The notes beneath the pieces were generated by a model. It searched no databases and was not told the DNA's origin. It saw only the letters and a list, made by a program, of their open reading frames with translations. Shown one piece after another: positions 58,106 through 64,000 of a stretch of 64,000 bases of DNA; within the stretch, counting starts at the first letter, position 1; every line of letters starts with the position of its first letter. This DNA comes from an uncultured Pseudomonadales bacterium. GTDB taxonomy: Bacteria; Patescibacteriota; Microgenomatia; UBA1400; MFAQ01. Made by a program: the position numbers and the translations under genes. The DNA lies in contig CAYTOI010000001.1 of assembly GCA_964439805.1 (NCBI GenBank), positions 3,573 to 67,572 of the forward strand, read 5' to 3'.

Positions 58106-58534
58106 TTAATTTTTCGTCACACATTTACTCTTCTCACATAAACATTTTACATTTTGTCTAGCAGGAACCTCGCCATTTCTTAATCCAATAGCGTCATTCT
58201 CTTTTTGAATTTTTGCTACATATTCTGACGTGTGACATTCTCCAGTAAACCAAACATAGTTACAATCCTCACTTTGGTTACAGGAGTCGACTGATGTTTT
58301 ATCATCAATCAAAGTTTGGACAGTTCTCGAGTTGGATTGTGTAATATTTTTAGCCGAAAATATGAGCTGAATAATTAGTGGTCTGTTCCAACCAATATCC
58401 CCTTCCTTTGGACAAGCACGAGCTGGTTTACCAGGAGGAGTTTCGCAAAATATTCTGCCATATCGAAACGGCACAGGGGTAATTAGGACAATAACTAATA
58501 TAAAAATTACCAACCAAACTATTTTCTTAAACAT
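58106..58534 (-). CDS. Exported Cys-rich hypothetical protein
   Basis: Signal peptide; C....DC......C ... C.C....C. Confidence 0.65.
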   Translation of the reverse strand: MFKKIVWLVIFILVIVLITPVPFRYGRIFCETPPGKPARACPKEGDIGWNRPLIIQLIFSAKNITQSNSRTVQTLIDDKTSVDSCNQSEDCNYVWFTGECHTSEYVAKIQKENDAIGLRNGEVPARQNVKCLCEKSKCVTKN

Positions 58535-58570
58535 CTATATTTAAGAATAACATTAAACTCATTACTAAAC

Positions 58571-58603
58571 AAAAAAACTCGCCCTACCCATGCAGGACGA
58601 GTT
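58571..58603 (-). terminator. Rho-independent terminator
   Basis: CTCGTCCTGC-ATGG-GTAGGGCGAG-TTTTTTT. Confidence 0.75.
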
Positions 58604-58622
58604 AATCAATTAAGACTACTAT

Positions 58623-59108
58623 CTAGTTAACTATTGTTGGCATCAAGTTTGTAAAGTAAGCCATGGGAGAAAAATAATTTGCAGCGTCAGATATATTCAT
58701 CATTAGCATTCCACTGCCTGTACTTGTACTGCTGGCGGTAAGGTTAAATTTGGCCACTGATGCTGTACCATTCTTCAAAGAACCTGACCATGTGTAAGTT
58801 GCGCCTTCAGGAGTTACCACGGGTGCACTCAAAGATCCATTTGTAACACTAATTTTTGTAGAGCCAGAAATCGTATTACTTGGAAAATAGATCAATCTTC
58901 TAAAAGACAACACCACAGGATTGTAATAGGCTTGCGTGTTAACTATTCCTATAGACTGAACAAACGATTGACCTTGATAAATATTTGCTGGAGCCACAGC
59001 TGCGACACGAAGTGGAATAGTAGCAGCACTCACACTACTTGCAGACACAAATAACACCGCAAACACCATCGCCACAAAACCAAAAAGTTTTGAAAATAAA
59101 TTTTTCAT
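58623..59108 (-). CDS. Secreted beta-sandwich (DUF11-like) protein
   Basis: Signal peptide (VSA/A cleavage), YTWSGSL..G. Confidence 0.65.
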   Translation of the reverse strand: MKNLFSKLFGFVAMVFAVLFVSASSVSAATIPLRVAAVAPANIYQGQSFVQSIGIVNTQAYYNPVVLSFRRLIYFPSNTISGSTKISVTNGSLSAPVVTPEGATYTWSGSLKNGTASVAKFNLTASSTSTGSGMLMMNISDAANYFSPMAYFTNLMPTIVN

Positions 59109-59296
59109 AAAGATTCTTATTTCTAATAATAATAATAAGATATTACTATTTGAACATTAAGATTTGATTAAAAAGGCAAAAACTATACAGACTCTCTAAC
59201 GTTTTGGGATGTAAACAAAAAAGATGACAATAAATTCATAGGTCAAATCATCTCCGCCTTCAAATTTACAAACTTGTAATCAGAAACCTATTTTAT

Positions 59297-59602
59297 TTAT
59301 ACTACTCCGTTAAAAAGCAAAACCAAAATTACAAAAGTTATTGCTGCAAAAACTCCCACAGTTTTTGCAAACAGATTCAAGGCTTCTTTCTTTTTCCCAT
59401 CAATTAAGAGTAGTAGTGGTTGGTAAAAAAACAAAAACGCCATAACCGCAACCGAGAGTGTTAAGACAAATAACATCGTGATTGGTGCAAAAAAAGTATC
59501 AGGAGTATTTCTTAAGGGTTGTGTAACATACGTCATAACCGAAACAATCAAAATTATGTACGCAGCAGCTCCAACAGCATTTACAACCGGATTCTTGTTC
59601 AT
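59297..59602 (-). CDS. Three-TM membrane protein
   Basis: Hydrophobic ORF with LSVAVM..LFF..P...DGKKKEA. Confidence 0.75.
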   Translation of the reverse strand: MNKNPVVNAVGAAAYIILIVSVMTYVTQPLRNTPDTFFAPITMLFVLTLSVAVMAFLFFYQPLLLLIDGKKKEALNLFAKTVGVFAAITFVILVLLFNGVV

Positions 59603-59644
59603 AAGACAATTATAGTCTTGTTCTGGTTAACATATAATAATTTC

Positions 59645-60091
59645 ATGAGACCTATTGTTTTGTCTGGTACTTGGATAGTTAACGCGCCACTTCAAAAGAT
59701 CTATAAAATAATTACCGACTTCGAAAATGCTCCCAAGTATTTCCCCCTTGTTGCCCATTCTTTAAAAATAGTAAACAAACAAGGAAACTTTTTAGCCGTC
59801 AACGCGGTATCAAAAACTTTTGGTATCCCCTTCTCAGTTCGCATGGAAACCGAACTCATTCCCAATAAAGGATTCAATTCCACAAACACATCTTCACTTG
59901 CCGTTGAAAAGGAAAGTTTTTTGCTTGAAGAAACTTCTACTGGAACCAAAATTAATTATCGCAACGAAGTTCAAATAAAAAACAATTTTCTACAATTATT
60001 TGCAAGAATTATCATCGGCAAACCCGCTCTCCTCTTCTGGAAACATGCCTATATCGACAAACTTGAAAAACTGGCAGCTAGCCAGGTATAA
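59645..60091 (+). CDS. SRPBCC/polyketide-cyclase family protein
   Basis: VNAP..KIY..ITDFE..PKYFP; GTKI. Confidence 0.75.
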   Translation: MRPIVLSGTWIVNAPLQKIYKIITDFENAPKYFPLVAHSLKIVNKQGNFLAVNAVSKTFGIPFSVRMETELIPNKGFNSTNTSSLAVEKESFLLEETSTGTKINYRNEVQIKNNFLQLFARIIIGKPALLFWKHAYIDKLEKLAASQV

Positions 60092-60122
60092 GCAGCTTGT
60101 TTCAAAATACAAATTATCAGTT

Positions 60123-60812
60123 TTACTTACTAGCAACAACCTCTATCAAGCCACTTTCTTTTGAAGACATTTCTCTTCGCATAAAATCCTTGTAAAGTTT
60201 TTCTTTATACTCAGTAATATTATCAATGTGTAATCCAGCTCTGGTTAAATGTTCTGATATGGTATCGGGCGTGTGGTAATATCTAAAACCATTTCCAACA
60301 ACAAGGCCTTCTGAGTTTTTATATATAACTTTGGTGAATTTTGTTTCAGGATCATATAAGCTGTTTGAATTATCAGAATCCAGTTTCTTTAGAGATCCAA
60401 CAACAACTACAAAAATTCTCCCTTCAGGCTTCAAAGATTTATAAAATCTAGCCAAAACCTTATCCAAATCTTGAGCTGATAGGTAATGTAAAACTAACCT
60501 AGCATAAATAAAATCAAAATAATTATCTGGATAATTCCAACCACTTCGAAGATCTTCGTCACGAATTTCAATTTGATCACCTAAATCAGTTTTACTAATA
60601 GTATCTTTAGCAAAAACAAGACCTTCTTTGTCAATAGTAGTAGCTATTATCTTCCTATTTTTATTTTGCTTTGCCATTCTTATCTCAGCAAATCCTCCAG
60701 TGCTTACTCCAGGACTAAATACCATCAAGTCCTCATTCTTTATTTGTGACAATCCACGTTCTTCACTAATTGATGGTTTGGACCCCAACTCTTCAAGCAT
60801 TTCTATGTTCAT
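60123..60812 (-). CDS. Class I SAM-dependent methyltransferase
   Basis: PGVSTGG, FDFIYARLVLHY, LKPEG. Confidence 0.85.
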   Translation of the reverse strand: MNIEMLEELGSKPSISEERGLSQIKNEDLMVFSPGVSTGGFAEIRMAKQNKNRKIIATTIDKEGLVFAKDTISKTDLGDQIEIRDEDLRSGWNYPDNYFDFIYARLVLHYLSAQDLDKVLARFYKSLKPEGRIFVVVVGSLKKLDSDNSNSLYDPETKFTKVIYKNSEGLVVGNGFRYYHTPDTISEHLTRAGLHIDNITEYKEKLYKDFMRREMSSKESGLIEVVASK

Positions 60813-60904
60813 ATATACAAGAATTTTACCAGCATACGTATTTTTATAATAAAACAAGACAAACTCTATCTGCCACTCAACGAAATAATTTTGAACTTAC
60901 CTAG

Positions 60905-61111
60905 TTACTTCGCATAACTCTCTAAAAAGCCACAGGAAATACACCTAAAAGTCACAACATCTTTCGTTAAAGAAGGACTCCATCTAAATTGAATTCTTTT
61001 TATTACTTTAGTCCACTTCTGAATTGTCTCAGTTTCAAACATACCCAAATTAGGAACAACTCCCTTTTCCATATCTCCTCCACACTTTGGACATTTTATT
61101 TTTTCTTCCAT
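60905..61111 (-). CDS. Small zinc-ribbon protein
   Basis: CPKCGGDMEKG...RCISCGFLESYAK. Confidence 0.75.
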   Translation of the reverse strand: MEEKIKCPKCGGDMEKGVVPNLGMFETETIQKWTKVIKRIQFRWSPSLTKDVVTFRCISCGFLESYAK

Positions 61112-61186
61112 AAACAATTCTACCAAAACTAAGCTTTTAAACCATTTGAACAAAACCCATTCTAAAGTTTTGCCGCTCGAAACAAA

Positions 61187-61513
61187 TTATCTTTTTTTGG
61201 AGATACTATAACCACCAATCAGTGCACCAACAATATTAACCACGAGAGTTAGTTTATAAAAACCTGACATGAATACAACCAACAAAAAAGAGGCAACTAT
61301 TCCCTGGACAAACCCATTTAAAATAGCCAACTTCTCCATTCCGCCTAGAGTTACCCTTGATACAAAAAAAGGTATTAAAAACAAGACGAGCATGGAACTA
61401 CTTAATGTAATTAGGTTTGATGGTAAACCTTTAACCAAATATCCAACAACAAGATCCATTACAAAAATCAATACGCCACCAGAAAGTATGTTCTTTATAG
61501 AAAGTTTAGACAT
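61187..61513 (-). CDS. Small multi-TM membrane protein
   Basis: Hydrophobic ORF ending GALIGGY. Confidence 0.6.
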   Translation of the reverse strand: MSKLSIKNILSGGVLIFVMDLVVGYLVKGLPSNLITLSSSMLVLFLIPFFVSRVTLGGMEKLAILNGFVQGIVASFLLVVFMSGFYKLTLVVNIVGALIGGYSISKKR

Positions 61514-61670
61514 AATATATACATTGTAACTTAACCCACAAATAAATGATTTAAAAATGGAATTAACCAATGTCACACTCCAAATCCACATCTCCAACAT
61601 ACCTTAATGCCTCACACAAAAAAATAGAATAATTTTCAAATCGTACAATTCATGATGATAAACTAAACAT

Positions 61671-62081
61671 ATGGATAATTCTGTACAACAAAGCGCTCCT
61701 TCAATCCAGCCACCACCTCAACCCCAAATTATTACCACGGCTCCACAATCAACCAATTGGGTAAAAATTCTGTTGTTTGCAATATTAAGTTTGATAACCG
61801 TGACAGTCTCCGTATATGCTGGTATTCAAATTGGTAAAAATCAATCAATTAGCCAACAACCAGTTATTGCCCAGCCAACACCTCTGTCAACCCAAACAAT
61901 AACCCCCTCATATACCTCCCCAACTCAAACATCCACAACTCCAACAACAAAAGTTAATTGTGTCTCAAATGAAGACACGACCACTGACCCTTCTCGTTGC
62001 TGTTCAGGTGATTTTGTTCCATTGTCTGATCCAAATAAATTTTTATGTCTTCCTAAAACACCCAATGGGGTGCTTTATTGA
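61671..62081 (+). CDS. Single-TM surface protein with PT stalk and short Cys-rich head
   Basis: TM ending AGIQIGKNQ; C...CCSG...C head. Confidence 0.75.
   Translation: MDNSVQQSAPSIQPPPQPQIITTAPQSTNWVKILLFAILSLITVTVSVYAGIQIGKNQSISQQPVIAQPTPLSTQTITPSYTSPTQTSTTPTTKVNCVSNEDTTTDPSRCCSGDFVPLSDPNKFLCLPKTPNGVLY
61748..61931 (+). repeat. 184-bp duplicated module, copy 1
   Basis: Near-identical to 62761-62944; 11 mismatches by manual count, including 90 bp of exact identity. Confidence 0.92.
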
Positions 62082-62115
62082 GAATTACTAAGGATTATAC
62101 CCAATTCCTCCCAGT

Positions 62116-62550
62116 TTAATTAGCACTAAACTGGCCTACCATCCCATAAACAGCAGCAGCCATTACAGCAAACATACATATTGCAGCAATTTTAGATTTG
62201 TCTGTATTAAGCCACGGTCTCAAATCTTTTACATGTACCATCTCACCCTGTTTATATTCTCTCAGCTTCACCACTAGTGAACTATAGTCACTATTTACAT
62301 TCAACATGTTTGCACCATAAACAATCGCCACCAAAAACACCAACATTTCCAACCAAACTCCACCATTAATCGTCTGTTGAGACATGTCTACAAAGGCACC
62401 AACTCCAAACTGAATTAACAAAAAAATTACAGGTAAAATTAACAAAACCCAACCAGCATTTCTTTGTTGTGCTTTTACATACTCAACAACATCTTCTCTC
62501 TTCACATACAAAATACCAGGACCGTACCCACCACCATAATAATTTGCCAT
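62116..62550 (-). CDS. Membrane hypothetical protein
   Basis: Three hydrophobic segments. Confidence 0.6.
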   Translation of the reverse strand: MANYYGGGYGPGILYVKREDVVEYVKAQQRNAGWVLLILPVIFLLIQFGVGAFVDMSQQTINGGVWLEMLVFLVAIVYGANMLNVNSDYSSLVVKLREYKQGEMVHVKDLRPWLNTDKSKIAAICMFAVMAAAVYGMVGQFSAN

Positions 62551-62683
62551 CTTTTCGCTAAATCGTAATATCTATTTTTAACACATCCATACTGCAATTT
62601 CACTTTTCTAAAAACATAGATCTCCACGTTCACTGTACGATTCAATTTATGAACCATTCTTTACAAAATGATAGACTGAATAC

Positions 62684-63466
62684 ATGGGAAACGAAACAGA
62701 ATTAACCACTCAAACAGTCCAACCTTTACCCCAAACTCACGTAACAGCACCAACCCCACCATCAACCAAATGGGTAAAAATTCTGTTGTTTGCAATATTA
62801 AGTTTGATAACCGTGACAGTCTCCGTATATGCTGGTATTCAAATTGGTAAAAATCAATCAGTCAGTCAACAATCTGTAATTGTCCAGCCAACACCTCTGC
62901 CAACACAAACAATAACCCCCTCATACACCTCCCCAACTCAAACAATATCACCAAAAGAACCAACTCCTATTGTTACTGAAACAGTTGAACCAACATCCAT
63001 AGCAAAAATAAAAATTAGTCCACTTAATACAAATGACTGGAAACAGGTCCAAAACAATGGTGTGTTTTTCAAAATACCATCAAACGCTTCATGTAATAGT
63101 GTGACAGAGTGCACAGAAGTGACATACCCAAATGTTTACCAGGGAAAGACATTATCCATGCCAGCCAGAATTCTTGTTAATGTTACTGACTATCTTGGCG
63201 GATCAAGAAGGGCTCAATATCTGACAAAATATAAAGGAATCGAAGATTGCAAACCAATTTATGTAGAAACATTATTTGGCTCAATCAATGCTTTGCAAAT
63301 TGCAGTAGATGGCGGTTGGTGTCAGGGTGGATATGATGGTGGCATCGTAGCTGTAATCGGAAAAAAGTTTGTAGTCGTTGGACCCGGGCTTAATTATAAT
63401 GAAAACAAGGAAATAAGTCGCTGGAACGAAAGAGACACCCTCATATCGACATTGTCCTCAAAATAA
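62684..63466 (+). CDS. Single-TM surface protein with PT stalk and different C-terminal domain
   Basis: Same anchor module as the 61671 gene; unrelated C-terminus. Confidence 0.78.
   Translation: MGNETELTTQTVQPLPQTHVTAPTPPSTKWVKILLFAILSLITVTVSVYAGIQIGKNQSVSQQSVIVQPTPLPTQTITPSYTSPTQTISPKEPTPIVTETVEPTSIAKIKISPLNTNDWKQVQNNGVFFKIPSNASCNSVTECTEVTYPNVYQGKTLSMPARILVNVTDYLGGSRRAQYLTKYKGIEDCKPIYVETLFGSINALQIAVDGGWCQGGYDGGIVAVIGKKFVVVGPGLNYNENKEISRWNERDTLISTLSSK
62761..62944 (+). repeat. 184-bp duplicated module, copy 2
   Basis: Near-identical to 61748-61931. Confidence 0.92.
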
Positions 63467-63488
63467 ATTAGTATCAATCACCCCAAGT

Positions 63489-63989
63489 TTATTCGCCGGC
63501 CTTTCTTATAGCTTCTAGATCAAGTTTTTTCATTGGCATGAACACTTTTGTTACAGCCTCTGATTTTTCAGGATCTCTCATCAACTCATCCAAAATTCTT
63601 GGAACTACTTGCCATGTTACCCCAAACTTATCGGTGCACCACCCACACTGGCCAGCATCAGGATCAGCTGAAAGTTTTTCCCAAAAATAGTCAATTTCCT
63701 CTTGAGTCTCGCACTCAATAATATATGAGGTTGACCCATTAAGTTTAAACTGATCAACTGGACCACCATTAAGAAACATAAAACTAACTCCATCAAGTTC
63801 ACACTCTAAAGTCATAACAGAACCTTCTGGTCTACCTGAAATTTCTTCGGATGCTTTTGGAGATTTAGTAAGATCTCCAGTTTTTGCTTCGTGACTTCCT
63901 GGAGCCGATTTAAAGGTGTCAACATAATACTTAACTGCCTCTTCCCCATCATTATTAGAAAACCAAATGCATGTAATAAGTTTACTCAT
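63489..63989 (-). CDS. VOC/PhnB-like protein (3-demethylubiquinone-9 3-methyltransferase domain family)
   Basis: CIWF, LNGGP, QEEIDYFWEKL, QCGW..DKFGVTWQVVP, MKKLD. Confidence 0.92.
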   Translation of the reverse strand: MSKLITCIWFSNNDGEEAVKYYVDTFKSAPGSHEAKTGDLTKSPKASEEISGRPEGSVMTLECELDGVSFMFLNGGPVDQFKLNGSTSYIIECETQEEIDYFWEKLSADPDAGQCGWCTDKFGVTWQVVPRILDELMRDPEKSEAVTKVFMPMKKLDLEAIRKAGE

Positions 63990-64000
63990 TATATTTATTC

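Noticed and set aside
61748-62944. Duplicated module as a DGR template/variable repeat pair
   Set aside because: Mismatches are not adenine-specific, both copies are in N-terminal coding regions, and no reverse transcriptase is present.

Overview
This is an AT-rich bacterial chromosomal window with the hallmarks of a CPR/Patescibacteria genome, most likely Microgenomates-like (inference from gene content, dense packing and mostly SD-less, leaderless starts). The + strand looks C-rich throughout and most genes are on the - strand, consistent with one replichore. Core content: recF, mutM, a stand-alone 5'-3' exonuclease, ftsH, trpS, three tRNAs (Met-CAT, an aberrant initiator-like CAT tRNA, Ile-TAT) around a Xer-like recombinase, a VirD4/HerA-like ATPase, nrdR-nrdJ with two NrdR boxes, PBP-GH18-PBP, a pentose-phosphate/aldolase cluster, an Rrf2-led SUF operon, uppP, a Kef antiporter, and a final block of small accessory or surface genes. 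Two signals stand out. First, a dispersed, strand-polarised family of arrays of about 4 copies of an 8-bp unit (TCTTGAGT on +) sits in frame inside conserved proteins, giving RTQELKNSRTQD-like peptides, and also in promoters. Second, a probably foreign four-gene operon (PP2C phosphatase, kinase, nicotinamidase-like hydrolase, vWA) is a rearranged TerY-P triad with an extra enzyme. All calls come from reading motifs by eye; no searches were run.
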